64,000 nucleotides of DNA from an uncultured delta proteobacterium (GTDB lineage Bacteria > Desulfobacterota > Desulfomonilia > UBA1062), in assembly GCA_963752595.1 (NCBI GenBank), contig CAVVYZ010000009.1, positions 300,038 through 364,037 of the forward strand, read 5' to 3'. How positions within the stretch are numbered: position 1 is the first letter of the stretch; the number at the start of each line of letters is the position of its first letter. The notes under the pieces were generated by a model. That model had not been told where the DNA came from. It saw only the letters and a list, made by a program, of their open reading frames with translations, and did no database searches. A program made the translations under genes and the position numbers. Positions 33,664 to 46,324 of the stretch are shown one piece after another.

Positions 33664-33682
33664 CCCGAAAGGAGGAGATGTT

Positions 33683-33946
33683 ATGAAAAGGGCAAGAAGA
33701 AACAGGACCCAGACCAAGGCACTGAATCAGATCATTTTGCTGAGTGCATGGAGCTTCACCCTGGTCATCTCCTCGTTCCTGTTCATGTTCGCGGGCCGGT
33801 GGATCGATGTAAAGTTCAATACGGAACCGACCTTCATGCTGGGGCTGTTGGTACTGGGGATCGGGTTATGCATTGCCCGGATGTACACGGACTATACGAA
33901 GGCCAAAGATGAGCTGAACACCCGCAGGGTAAGGTACCAGTCCTAG
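33683..33946 (+). CDS. AtpZ/AtpI (ATPase gene 1) family two-TM protein, orphan
   Basis: AGGAGG RBS; TM-GRWIDVKFNTEPTF-TM pattern matching GxxLDxxxxTxP. Confidence 0.75.
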   Translation: MKRARRNRTQTKALNQIILLSAWSFTLVISSFLFMFAGRWIDVKFNTEPTFMLGLLVLGIGLCIARMYTDYTKAKDELNTRRVRYQS

Positions 33947-33992
33947 TCGATCAGTCAAGAAAGCCGGAGAACCATCCGGCATATTGCATCAT

Positions 33993-34030
33993 GAAAGCGG
34001 GCCGCCTGTAACAGGCGGCCCGTTGCTTTT
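33993..34030. terminator. Terminator hairpin between convergent genes
   Basis: CGGGCCGCCTG-TAA-CAGGCGGCCCG then TTGCTTTT. Confidence 0.65.
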
Positions 34031-34156
34031 CAAGCATGAGAATCAGTTGCACAAAAAAACCATGCCCTGGTTGGGGACCGTGGTGTGTATGGATCGTTTC
34101 CGGGGACGGAATGCAGGTCCGCTCGCAAAGAACGGACCTGCATGGAGAGCCCCTTA

Positions 34157-35379
34157 TCAGTTCATTCTTTCGACGATTGCGTGGGCGAATTCGGAGCATT
34201 TGAGCAAGGTCGCGCCTTCCATCTGGCGCTCGAAGTCGTAGGTGACCTGCTTGTCGGATATGGCCTTACCGATGCCCTTGCGGATCAGGATGGCCGCTTC
34301 TTTCCAGCCGAGGTAGTCGAACATCATGGCGCCGGAGAGGATCAGCGAGCCCGGGTTGATCTTGTCCTGGCCGGCATATTTCGGCGCAGTGCCGTGGGTC
34401 GCCTCGAATACGGCGAAGGGGATCCGATATTGGCGCCGGGCGCTATGCCGAGCCCTCCGACCTGGGCAGCCAGGGCATCGGATATGAAATCGCCGATAAG
34501 GTTCGGCACCGCGAGCACGCTGTATTCTCCGGGCCGCAGCAGCACCTGCTGGAACATGGAATCTGCAATGCGGTCGTTCACGAGGATCTTGCCTTCGGGG
34601 AGCTTGCCGCCATAGACCTTGTTCAGCTCGTCTTCCGTGACCGCATGATCGCCGAACTCGTCCTTGACGAGCTCGTAGCCCCAGTCCCTGAAGGCCCCTT
34701 CGGTATATTTCATAATATTGCCCTTGTGCACCAGGGTAACGACCTTTTTGTTATTCTCCACGGCGTACTCCATGGCCATCTTCACCAGGCGCCTGGTGCC
34801 GGTGATGGAGATGGGCTTGATTCCGATGCCCGAATCCTCACGGATGTTGGTTTTGAGATTGTCATTGAGGAAACTGATGACCTTTTTCACCTCGTTGCTT
34901 CCCTGATGCCATTCGATGCCCGCATAGACGTCTTCGGTATTCTCCCTGAAAACGGTGATGTCCACGAGCTCGGGCCTCTTCACGGGCGCGGGCGTCCCGG
35001 TGTAGTACTTGACCGGCCTCACACAGGCGAACAGGTCGAGGACCTGCCTTAGAGTAACGTTGAGCGACCTGATCCCGCCGCCCACGGGCGTGGTGAGCGG
35101 GCCCTTGATGCCCACAATATATTCCCGGAAGGCATCCAATGTTTCTTCCGGCAGGTAGCTGCCGGTCAGGTCAAACGCCTTCTGTCCTGCCAGGACCTCT
35201 TTCCACACGATCTTCCGCGTGCCTTTGTATGCCTTTTCAACCGCTGCATCGAATACGAACCGTGATGCCTTCCAGATATCCGGCCCGACTCCGTCTCCTT
35301 CTATATAGGGGATGATCGCGTCATCCGGGACATTGAGCTTTCCGTTTGAAAATGTAATCCTGGTGCCCTTTTCCATCAT
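34157..35379 (-). CDS. icd: Isocitrate dehydrogenase, NADP/homodimeric E. coli type (frameshift near 34410)
   Basis: [59 protein letters not shown]; C-terminus [14 protein letters not shown] in another frame. Confidence 0.95.
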
Positions 35380-35393
35380 AAACTCCTAAAATA

Positions 35394-37318
35394 TTATTGG
35401 TTCGCAGCCCGGGTGTTCCGGTGGAGCTCCTCCCACAGGAGGTGCTGGTATTTCTGGAGGTCCTTGGTGCTCATCTGCATGCCCCGGGACTCATACACGC
35501 TCTGGATCGCCTTGACAACGTCTTCGAACCGGATATCGAGGCCCAGGACCCCGACCATCTCATCTTTTGCATCCACAATAGGCGAGGAAACGGTGATGAT
35601 CAGCGCACGGGTGATGCGGGACGTGGTGACCCCGCTCACGTAGAGCTTGCCCTCTTCGATGGTCTTGACGAACCACTCCCTGTCCGAACAGTCCTCGTGC
35701 TCCTTCATGAGGTGCTTGAACTGCCCCCGGTACTCGGGCTGGGTGATGTTGTGCGTAATCTTGACGCCGTTCATGTCCGTCACATAGGCAAACTGGATGA
35801 ACGGGAACTCCTTGATGAACTCCATGATCACGGGTTCCTGCAGTTTGGGGTCCATGCTGCGGACATCCTCGTTTTCCAGCAGCTCTGCAATGAGCCGGCC
35901 CGCATACTCCCTGGCTTCGTACTTGATGAGATCGAAACCCGAGAGGAAGAGCTGCGGGATAAAGCGCATGGAGAGCTTTTCGAGCTCTTCATCGGACATC
36001 GAGGTGATCCTGCCGTCCTCGTATTCCTTGGCGATGTGCTGGTAGATGCGGGAAATACCGGGGTGCCGCTTGTCGATGTCGTCCGGGGGGACAAGCTTAT
36101 AGTGACGGTTGACCCAGTGGGCGATCCCTGCCTTGCCCGACTTGTCCGTGATGGCGATCTCGATGGGCCTGTTCAGAAGAAGCTTCGTATCGAAGATATT
36201 GTAGATCTCTTCGTTCTTGATCAGGCCGTCGGCATGGATTCCCGCCCTCGTGACATTGAAGTTCTCGCCCACGAACGGGTAGTTGGCCGGGATGGAGAAG
36301 TTGAGCTCCGCGTTCACGTACTCGGCCAGCTCGGTTATGGCCTTGTATTGACCGTCTCGTCGTGCCCTCGCAGGGAGAGGTACTCGAAGACCATGGCCTC
36401 GATGGGGGTGTTGCCCGTACGCTCGCCGAAGCCTAAGATGGCGCCGTTGACTGCCGAGCACCCGTAGAGCCAGGCCGTGGTGGCGTTGGACAGCCCCTTG
36501 TGAAAATCGTTGTGTCCGTGCCACTCCAGGAGATGCGATGGAACGCCCGCATCATCGACGAATGCGCGCACCAGCTTGTCTACCGCCCTGGGCAGCGCTG
36601 CACCGGGAAACGATACCCCGAAGCCCATCGTATCGCACAGCCTGATCTTGATATCGATCCTGCTCTCCTCCTTAAGCTTCATGAGCTCCCTGGCAAAGGG
36701 GACGCAGAACCCGTAGATGTCGGCACGGGTGATATCCTCCAGGTGGCACCTCGGGACGATTCCCATGGAGAGCGCCTCCTTGACCACGCCCAGGAACTCA
36801 TCCATGACCTTTTTCCGGTTCGAACCGAGCTTGAGGAAGATGTGGTAATCCGATATGGAGGTGAGCATGCCCGTTTCCCGGATGCCCATGTCCCTGACGA
36901 GCTTGAGGTCTTCCTTGCTGGCCCTGATCCACGAGGTGATCTTCGGGAACTCATAGCCCTTTGCCAGGCATTCCTCGACCGCCAGCCTGTCCTTGCGGGA
37001 ATAGAGGAAGAATTCCGAAGCCCGGATAAGGCCCTTTTCCCCGCCTATTTCGTGGAGAAAATCGAACAGGCGGGATATCTGCTCCACGGAAAAAGGCGTC
37101 ATGGACTGCTGTCCGTCGCGGAACGTGGTGTCGGTGATAAAGATGTCTTCGGGCGGCTGGATGGGAAGAATACGCATGTCGAAGTCGATCTTGGGGACCT
37201 CGGTATACGGAAAGATCGACCGGTAGTAATTGCCCTCGGCTACGTTATCGATGCCGGACTGGAAATTCTTGCCCGGCGTGTAATAAAATAGTTTCTTCCT
37301 CTCATCCCATCGCGCCAT
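35394..37318 (-). CDS. DRE-TIM metallolyase, probable (Re)-citrate synthase, with C-terminal Cache/PDC-like domain (frameshift near 36345)
   Basis: ITDTTFRDGQQ, RCHLEDITRADIYGF, EWHGHNDF, GERTGN, TRAGIHADG; C-terminal REWF...ITVSSPI...VGVLGLDI; directly upstream of icd. Confidence 0.8.
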
Positions 37319-37322
37319 GCGG

Positions 37323-38122
37323 CTACTTCCTCCTTGGCGTGTATGCTTCCTTGGGCATTTTTCCGGGTCGGGCGCGCCTGCCTCCCTGCGTGCCGCGATG
37401 ATCTCCTCCATGGAAATGTCCCGCGGGATCTTCAAATCCTGGCCTACGTAAACGGCCTTCGGGTCCTTGATCTGGTCGCGGTTTGCCTTGTAGATGAGCG
37501 GCCACATGAACGAATCGTTGTAGATCTCGTGCCGTGCGGCAATGCTGGGCAGGGTCTCGTTTCTCTTCACCACGTAGATCGTCGGGGTACACTTCCAGGA
37601 CATCGGCCTTGCCCTGGCTCTTGATTTCTTCACGCTTCTGCGCCACATCGAGGCTCAAATCCTCGATCCGCTTCTGCTTTGCCTGGACCGTTGTCTCCTG
37701 GGCCTTCTGGACGATCTCATCGAGCTGCTTGCCAAGGACGGAGAGCACCTGCAGATCCCCGTCCATATAAGCGTTCTGCATCTTCAAATACACCAGCAGC
37801 ACGTTGAAGGAATCCTTCGGGGCGTACTCGAATGCCGATACATCCACAATCTTCTTGATGTCCGACAGCGCCTTGTGCATGATCTCACGGCCCTGCTTAT
37901 CGACCTGGCTGAAATGCCTGCCGGCCTGGAAAAAAGCCTGGCGGGCAGCTTCCCTGTCGCCTAGGTCCTGCGCCTCAAGACCTTTCTGCATACTTTCGAC
38001 CCCCAGCTTCAATGAATCCTGCTGGGATATGACTCCCTCAGCACCGTCGGTAATATCCGGCGCAGGTTTTTTCGCACATCCGAGAACAAGCAGTGCCGAG
38101 AGAATAAAGAAGCTTATCCTCC

Positions 38123-38126
<4 letters not shown>
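37323..38126 (-). CDS. LysM-domain lipoprotein (frameshift near 37580)
   Basis: Lipobox VLG-C; C-terminal [14 protein letters not shown]...[15 protein letters not shown]...GQDLKIP. Confidence 0.85.
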
Positions 38127-39906
<1,780 letters not shown>

Positions 39907-39910
<4 letters not shown>

Positions 39911-41172
39911 GTATTTTCTCCTTGATTGGACAGCATTGAGCGTATCTTTTCCCGGACGTCCGACCGCGGAACCCTGATCTGATCGGATGTCCGTAAGTCT
40001 TTCAGCGCCACTACAGAAGTCTTCACCTCATCTTCGCCGATTATGACGCATACGGGGCAGCCCGATTTGCCGGCCCGCCGCATCTGAGCCTTGAAGCTCT
40101 TCCCGAAGACAGCCTCTGCCGGGATCATATCTTTGCGGAGCTCGGAGAGGAGCAGAGCGGCATAGCGCTTCACCTCTTCATCGCCCTGGGCTACGACATA
40201 GCAGCCTTGATCCTGCTTCGGTCTCTCTGCGAGCAGCATTATGATGCGCTCGAGGCCGAATGCAAAGCCGATCCCCGGGGCATCGGGGCCTCCGAGGGTC
40301 TTGACGAGGTTGTCGTACCGACCGCCGCCGGCAACGGCATTCTGTGAACCCAAGCCCTCTGCGGTTATCTCAAAGGTCGTCCTGGTATAGTAATCGAGCC
40401 CCCTGACGAGGTTCGGGTTCTTTTTGTAGACAACGCCCAGGCTGTCGAGGAAACCAAGAACCTGTCCGTAGTGCTCCCTGCATGCATCGCAGAGGAACTC
40501 CTCGATCACCGGCGCGCCTTGGGCGGCCTCCTTGCAGGAGACGGACTTGCAGTCAAGAACCCTCAGCGGGTTTTTATGCATCCTGCGGGAGCAGTCCGGG
40601 CATAAGTCCTCGGACTTTCTGCCGAAGAATTCCTGGAGCGCCTTCTTGTAATTCTCCCGGCATTCTTCGCACCCCAGAGAGTTGACTTCCATGCTCACGT
40701 TCCGGAGTCCGAGATCTTTTGCCAGCCGGTAGGCGAGCTCCAGTGTCTCGGCATCGGAGAACGGCTCGACCTCGCCGAGGCGTTCGACGTTGATCTGGTG
40801 GAACTGGCGGTACCGTCCCTTCTGGGGCCGCTCGTAGCGGAACATAGGCCCCATGGTGTAGAGCTTCCGGACCGGGTCTTCACCCAGCAGGCCGTGCTCG
40901 ATGACGGCGCGGAGCACCGAAGCCGTAGCCTCGGGTCTGAGCGTTATGGAGTCTCCTCCCTTGTCGGTGAAGGTGTACATCTGCTTTTCCACCACGTCCG
41001 TCTCATCGCCGATGCCCCTTAAGAAAAGCTCGGTCCTTTCCATGATCGGCGGCCTGAGCTCCTCGAACCCGTAGAGCGTAAAAATCCTCCTGGCCGTCTC
41101 CTCCACGAAACGCCACTTGGATATATCTTTTGGCAGGATATCGTTGATCCCGCGTATTGCCTTGATTTCCAC
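39907..41172 (-). CDS. hisS: Histidine--tRNA ligase
   Basis: [45 protein letters not shown]. Confidence 0.98.
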
Positions 41173-41224
41173 AGTATGCCTCCGAATTACGGATTGTTAT
41201 CTCACTTGATCCCGGTGTGTCAAT

Positions 41225-42103
41225 CTAAAGGCCTCTGGACCACTCGGGCCGCAGCAGCCTCGAATTTTCATCCTTCATGGCCCGGTCGATGAGATCGAGG
41301 ATGGTCTCCTTGTCCTTGGGCAGCGTGCCGTTTATGGGGAGGTAGTTGGAGGCGTGCTCGGTGCCGAACTTGCAGTCGGTCACGGTGAGGTCCTCCACGA
41401 ACCACCGGAGCTCCTGGAGCGACTGCATCTTGTTCAGCAGCTTGAAGTCGCCGCCCATGAGTTTTTTCTCGTAAACCTCTTCATACGGCCCCAGCATGAG
41501 CGTCAACGTGGCAAGAAAGTTCGGATTGATAGCATTGGCCACGCGGGCGGAATCCTTGGCATGCTCCCGGCTCCCCTCTGCACCGCCCAGGCCGAGGATG
41601 ATGAAGGTGGACATACGCAAGCCCGCATCTATGGCCTTTTTGCTCCCGTCGATGATCTCTCTCGCCGTAGCCCCCTTGTGGATCTTCTTCAGCAGCGCAT
41701 CGTTGCCGGTCTCGATGCCGAGGTAGAGGACGTCGAGCTTGCGCTTGCGCAGCTCTTTGAGGTCGTCGATGCTCTTTTCCATGAGGTTCGTAGGCCCTGC
41801 ATAGATGCTGACCCGCTCCAGGCGGGGAAACTTTTCGTTCAGGAGGTCGAGCACCTTGATGAGGTAGCCGGTTTCCAGGCACAAGGGGTCTCCGTCGGCC
41901 AGAAACACCTTTTTCGTATGCGGCTGATACTTCGCCATCTCTATGATATCATTGCTTAAGTCTTCCCAGGGCCTTACCTTGAAGCGCTTTCCCTTGTACA
42001 TGCCGCAGAACAGGCATTTGTTCCACGAGCATCCGAGCGCAACCTGAAATATGACCGACCGTCCCTCGGACGGCGGTCTGTACAGCGGCATATCGTATTC
42101 CAT
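41225..42103 (-). CDS. Radical SAM protein, uncharacterised family
   Basis: YRPPSEGRS, CSWNKCLFC (CxxxCxxC), FLADGD, LGIETG, HASNYL. Confidence 0.9.
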   Translation of the reverse strand: MEYDMPLYRPPSEGRSVIFQVALGCSWNKCLFCGMYKGKRFKVRPWEDLSNDIIEMAKYQPHTKKVFLADGDPLCLETGYLIKVLDLLNEKFPRLERVSIYAGPTNLMEKSIDDLKELRKRKLDVLYLGIETGNDALLKKIHKGATAREIIDGSKKAIDAGLRMSTFIILGLGGAEGSREHAKDSARVANAINPNFLATLTLMLGPYEEVYEKKLMGGDFKLLNKMQSLQELRWFVEDLTVTDCKFGTEHASNYLPINGTLPKDKETILDLIDRAMKDENSRLLRPEWSRGL

Positions 42104-42393
42104 GCGATCCTCCTCGTTCGAACCGGATACTGTCTTTTTAGAGCCTGCGGGCGTCAGCTTCAACCTCTTGCCCGTGCATTCGTTTTCAGGCATCCGCCGC
42201 AGTCTTCTTCCGGCTTTCTTCTGCAGCGTCTTAAGGAGAGAGTTTTTGTGTTCTTATGGTTCCTGCCAAAGGGGAAGGGGCACTTACGCCTCTTAAAAAT
42301 GGTGCAAGAAACATAGAAGAAATGTAGCACGCCCTTAAGCGCTGCTGATTCTTACTGGTATTTAAACCATATCGGGCGGAAAAATTCAACCGA

Positions 42394-42789
42394 TCACTGA
42401 TGATCGATCGGTTTGTACGGCTTGATATCCAAGATGGGAGTACCGTCTACGAGATCCACGTTCTCAACGGACAATAAAGGCGGATCGACGGCAACCAGCT
42501 TCAGGATCGACATGCCGATGGCATTCGGCCGCATGGGGGAGCACAGGCTGAACACGCCTTTGACCCTGCCTGTCGGACTCTTCTGCCTGAGGGTATATCC
42601 TTCGGAGAGGTGGAAGTGGAAGAGGACGACGATGTGCTCGTACTCTTCCAGGGCATCGAGCCCTTCGAGAAAGGGCTTGAAAATCTCGATAGTGCCCTTG
42701 ACATCGGATATGGAATAAAAGCGTGGCGCATCTGCGGGTTTTTTGATCCCGCAATGCATCACACCGATGGGTTCATAACAGATCTTCAT
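42394..42789 (-). CDS. TrmO/TsaA family SAM-binding methyltransferase
   Basis: PIG, HIVVLFHFH, GVFSLCSPMRPNAIGMS, DLVDGTPILDIKPY. Confidence 0.9.
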   Translation of the reverse strand: MKICYEPIGVMHCGIKKPADAPRFYSISDVKGTIEIFKPFLEGLDALEEYEHIVVLFHFHLSEGYTLRQKSPTGRVKGVFSLCSPMRPNAIGMSILKLVAVDPPLLSVENVDLVDGTPILDIKPYKPIDHQ

Positions 42790-42860
42790 ACATCGTATCT
42801 TCGTGAGGATGACGGCTTCAAGCCTCTTCCGTCACTGATCGGCAACTTAAAAAGCTCTTC

Positions 42861-43601
42861 TTACGCTTCCTCACTCTCATTGTTGATGAGATATTTTGCA
42901 ACGACGGCATTTACCGAATACGCCGGCTGTTTGCCCTGTTTGACCTGCCTCAGAACTTCGAGATCGGACTTCCACGCGAGATGGCCGGGGGCAAGGAAGC
43001 AGAAGCTGCCCGGCTCATAGGTGGTGCTCACCGCATCGTCTTTATAATAGAAGAAATCATTGTTTATCTCCGTGGGAAAGCCCCTCATGACGGACGGGAG
43101 ATCGGTGGGCTGGAACCACAGCTTGATCTCGCGCTCCGAATCTTCCCTGTTCGCCGAGGCATGGATGAGGTTGTCCACCCTGTCGCCTATATACTTTCCA
43201 TTGTCATCCTTCAAGGGCACAACAGTCCCGAGTGCACGGATGCATCCGGGCCTCTGAACCCGGGCGTCATGGGGATTGGTCGGGCCGCAGATGTCGCGGA
43301 TCGTTTTGATGGCAGCCGGCCCCTGGTAGACGATGGCAATGACCCTGCGCTTCCATGGGTCGTTGGGATAGTGGAGATACCCCCTGATGTATTCAAGGAG
43401 CGAAGGATAGAAGAACTTCCCTTTGTGCTCCGCATAATGTTCCTCTGCCAGCACCAGGTTTACGGAAACGACCTTCAGCCCGGCAAAACGCAGGCCCGTA
43501 TGGAACTCGGAAAACTGAGAGAGTATATACCCGGTCAATGAATTCTTGAGCGCATCAGGCTTGATCAGTACCAGGGATCTCTCGATATCCTCTTTTGTCA
43601 T
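42861..43601 (-). CDS. ndk: Nucleoside-diphosphate kinase with C-terminal extension
   Basis: ERSLVLIKPDA, AEEHYAEHKGK, GPTNP, PGCIR, NLIHAS, EREIKLWF, then about 80 extra residues. Confidence 0.85.
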   Translation of the reverse strand: MTKEDIERSLVLIKPDALKNSLTGYILSQFSEFHTGLRFAGLKVVSVNLVLAEEHYAEHKGKFFYPSLLEYIRGYLHYPNDPWKRRVIAIVYQGPAAIKTIRDICGPTNPHDARVQRPGCIRALGTVVPLKDDNGKYIGDRVDNLIHASANREDSEREIKLWFQPTDLPSVMRGFPTEINNDFFYYKDDAVSTTYEPGSFCFLAPGHLAWKSDLEVLRQVKQGKQPAYSVNAVVAKYLINNESEEA

Positions 43602-43915
43602 GCACATTCTCCTTACCTTTGAAATATGCCTTCGTGAGTATGCAAAGCAAAGGTTCACCAAGGCAGCAGCTTGCCGTATACAGTATCCGATTTTGTTGTT
43701 TTCTCTAGTATATTCTTTCCCGGTGAAGCAACTGTTAATTGCCTCTTTTTTGACATTTGATCGATATTTTTTAAGATATCGTTCATGTCACTTTCCGGAC
43801 AGGCATTCAATTCGTGGGTTTTTAAGGCCCTCACGGCCATATCTTGAGAATTTTTCATTGAAGATTATTCATGAGAGTTATCAGTACCCGTGTCATATAA
43901 AAAGGAGGCTACCGT

Positions 43916-44587
43916 ATGCTCTCTCTCATGAGAAAAAATATCGGTAAACTTATCATGGCAATGGGCATTACCATCGCTTTCCTTCTCGCTTCCATTACCC
44001 CGCTCCATGCACAGCAGGCAGCACCTCGGACATCTGTGTATTCGGCAGACCTCAAAACGGTCAACGATACCCTGCCGGGCAACAAAGCAAAAGGCAGGGC
44101 AGAGATAAGGGTCACGGGCGACGAAATGCTCATTACGGTCAATGCGGAAGGCTTGCCGCCGAAGATGATGATCATCCAGCATCTCCACGGATTCAGGGAT
44201 GGGAAAAAGGCAACCTGTGCGACGATGAAGGAAGATGCCAACAAAGACGGCATCGTCGATGTCAAGGAGTCGGAACAGGTGACCGGCGTTGAGCTTATCC
44301 CCCTGAATAATAAGGTTGAAAAGCTTGACATGAAAGACAAATCCTACCCCAAAAGCTCCGAGCAGGGCACATTGCAGTACAGCAAGAAAGTATCTCTGAA
44401 AAAGCTGCAGGATGCCTTGAAAAAGAACAACGACATGACCAATATCCAGCTTGAAAACATGGTTATCAACCTGCACGGAGTTGCAAAGGATACAAAGCTT
44501 CCTTCCACGGTCAAATCCGTGATGAAGCTGCCCCCTGCCGCAACCGTGCCTGTTGCCTGCGGCGAAATCAAAAAGGCCCAGCAGTAA
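43916..44587 (+). CDS. Secreted hypothetical protein
   Basis: AAGGAGG RBS, signal peptide, QHLHG, DANKDGIVD, INLHGV, PVACGEI. Confidence 0.7.
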   Translation: MLSLMRKNIGKLIMAMGITIAFLLASITPLHAQQAAPRTSVYSADLKTVNDTLPGNKAKGRAEIRVTGDEMLITVNAEGLPPKMMIIQHLHGFRDGKKATCATMKEDANKDGIVDVKESEQVTGVELIPLNNKVEKLDMKDKSYPKSSEQGTLQYSKKVSLKKLQDALKKNNDMTNIQLENMVINLHGVAKDTKLPSTVKSVMKLPPAATVPVACGEIKKAQQ

Positions 44588-44620
44588 GGCAGAAGCATCT
44601 GAAAATAATCCCTCTTAAAC

Positions 44621-44655
44621 GTCCGACGGTTCCGGGAACATCGGAACCGTCGGAC
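44621..44655. terminator. Perfect 14-bp hairpin downstream of the secreted protein gene
   Basis: GTCCGACGGTTCCG / CGGAACCGTCGGAC; no U-tract. Confidence 0.5.
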
Positions 44656-44851
44656 ATATACATGGCATGCGTTGTGGGGTTCATCCCGTGATTTAGAGGT
44701 ATACATCTACGTAAATACACTCCTTACGGCAAAAAGCCGCGTCTCGCCCTCCGTTCATAAAAAAATTTACCATTCGCATTTTTTTGAACACCATTTTTCC
44801 TCTCTTGGTGTATAGAAACCGTGCATTAGATTTTTTAAAACGAGGTTTGGC

Positions 44852-45649
44852 TTGAGTCTGTTTCAGGCGATACTTTTGGGTTTTGTTCAGGGGCTGGGGG
44901 AATTCCTGCCTATCTCGAGCTCTGCGCACCTGGTTCTGATCCCCTGGCTTTTCAGTTGGACAGACCCGGGCCTCACGTTCGATATCGCCCTGCACATAGG
45001 AACGCTCATCGCCGTGGTCCTCTACTTCTGGAAAGACTGGGTCCATCTGATCACTCAGGGGCTGACCAATGCCCGGAGCACGGACGGACGTCTGTTCTGG
45101 TATCTGGTCCTGGCGAGCATACCGGGGGCTGCGATCGGGCTCCTGCTGGAGGATAAGGCGGAAACCGTCTTCAGGAACCCGCTGCTCACCGCTGCCATGC
45201 TGATCATGGCGGGCATCCTCTTATACTGGGCAGACCGGAAGAGTGCGAAAAACATCGAGATGAGCACTATCCCCTTGGGATCGAGCCTCCTCATCGGGCT
45301 GTCTCAGGCACTGGCTATCATCCCGGGGGTTTCCCGGTCGGGCATCACCATGTCGATGGCATTGACGCTGGGCTTGACGAGGGAGAGTGCCGCCCGGTTC
45401 TCATTCCTGCTCGCAACTCCTATCATATTCGGGGCTGCAAGCGTGAAGATCCCCTATATGGTGTCGCATCCGGAAATGATCAGCTTAAACTTCACGGCCG
45501 GGATACTGACCTCCTGCATCGTAGGCATCGTAAGTATCGGGTTTCTGCTCCGCTATGTGCAGACAAAAAACTTTCTGCCTTTTGTCTGGTACCGGTTCCT
45601 GCTGGGGGGCATCGTGATCATGGTCGCTCTGGCGAGGTGGGCCGCCTGA
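44852..45649 (+). CDS. uppP: Undecaprenyl-diphosphate phosphatase
   Basis: QGLGEFLPISSSAH, PGVSRSGIT, AARFSFLL; TTG start after GAGG. Confidence 0.95.
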   Translation: MSLFQAILLGFVQGLGEFLPISSSAHLVLIPWLFSWTDPGLTFDIALHIGTLIAVVLYFWKDWVHLITQGLTNARSTDGRLFWYLVLASIPGAAIGLLLEDKAETVFRNPLLTAAMLIMAGILLYWADRKSAKNIEMSTIPLGSSLLIGLSQALAIIPGVSRSGITMSMALTLGLTRESAARFSFLLATPIIFGAASVKIPYMVSHPEMISLNFTAGILTSCIVGIVSIGFLLRYVQTKNFLPFVWYRFLLGGIVIMVALARWAA

Positions 45650-45653
45650 TTCC

Positions 45654-46046
45654 TCACTGTTTCCCCGGCGAGGTTTTCTCCACGATGTAGTCCTTCAGGG
45701 CAACGGCATTGTTGTGATCTTCATCCCTGGCCGAGTACACCAGCGTAACCTTCCCCTCTTCCTCTATCTTGTGCCAGAGGAGATCGATAAGCTCAGGGCG
45801 TGCATCGAGCTCTGAAAAGTACCTTTCTTTGAACTCTCCCCACTTTTCCGGGTCATGGCCGGACCATTTGCGCAGCTCATTGCTCGGCGCGATGTCCTTG
45901 AACCAGAGATCGATGCGAGCCCGCTCCTTTTTCACGCCCCGGGGCCAGAGCCTGTCCACCAGGATCCTGAAGCCGTCGGCCTCGTCAGGGTTCTCGTAGG
46001 TCCGCTTCAGGCGTATGGACAAAAAGCTGTGATCTCTCTTTCCCAT
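45654..46046 (-). CDS. DUF488/YeaO family protein
   Basis: DGFRILVDRLWPRGVKKE, IAPSNELRKW, HNNAVAL. Confidence 0.92.
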   Translation of the reverse strand: MGKRDHSFLSIRLKRTYENPDEADGFRILVDRLWPRGVKKERARIDLWFKDIAPSNELRKWSGHDPEKWGEFKERYFSELDARPELIDLLWHKIEEEGKVTLVYSARDEDHNNAVALKDYIVEKTSPGKQ

Positions 46047-46324
46047 TCGAATCACCTCCGTCTGCCCTTGTTTTCCTGCGAGGATTTCACAGGCTCAAGG
46101 GGCCCCCTGTCCGCTGTTTTTTGTGCTCTTCACTCTCTACAAGAGAAATAAGAACCGGCGGCAGAATAACAACCGTGTCCTTTGTTGCCTGACCGGGTCT
46201 GATCATCCCTTATCAGAGCAGGGAAATATCCTGATTTTTTCATTGGCACCTTTCCCTATGCCCTCTTGCATACTATCATTTTCACAAAGACGCATCAGAT
46301 ATTCCTTTTCCATGAGGAGGAGAA

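Noticed and set aside
33640-33680. c-di-GMP riboswitch suggested by hairpins and GAAA upstream of the atpI-like gene
   Set aside because: No GCAAA/GACGCAAAG core; the region is better explained by the small ORF end and the RBS.
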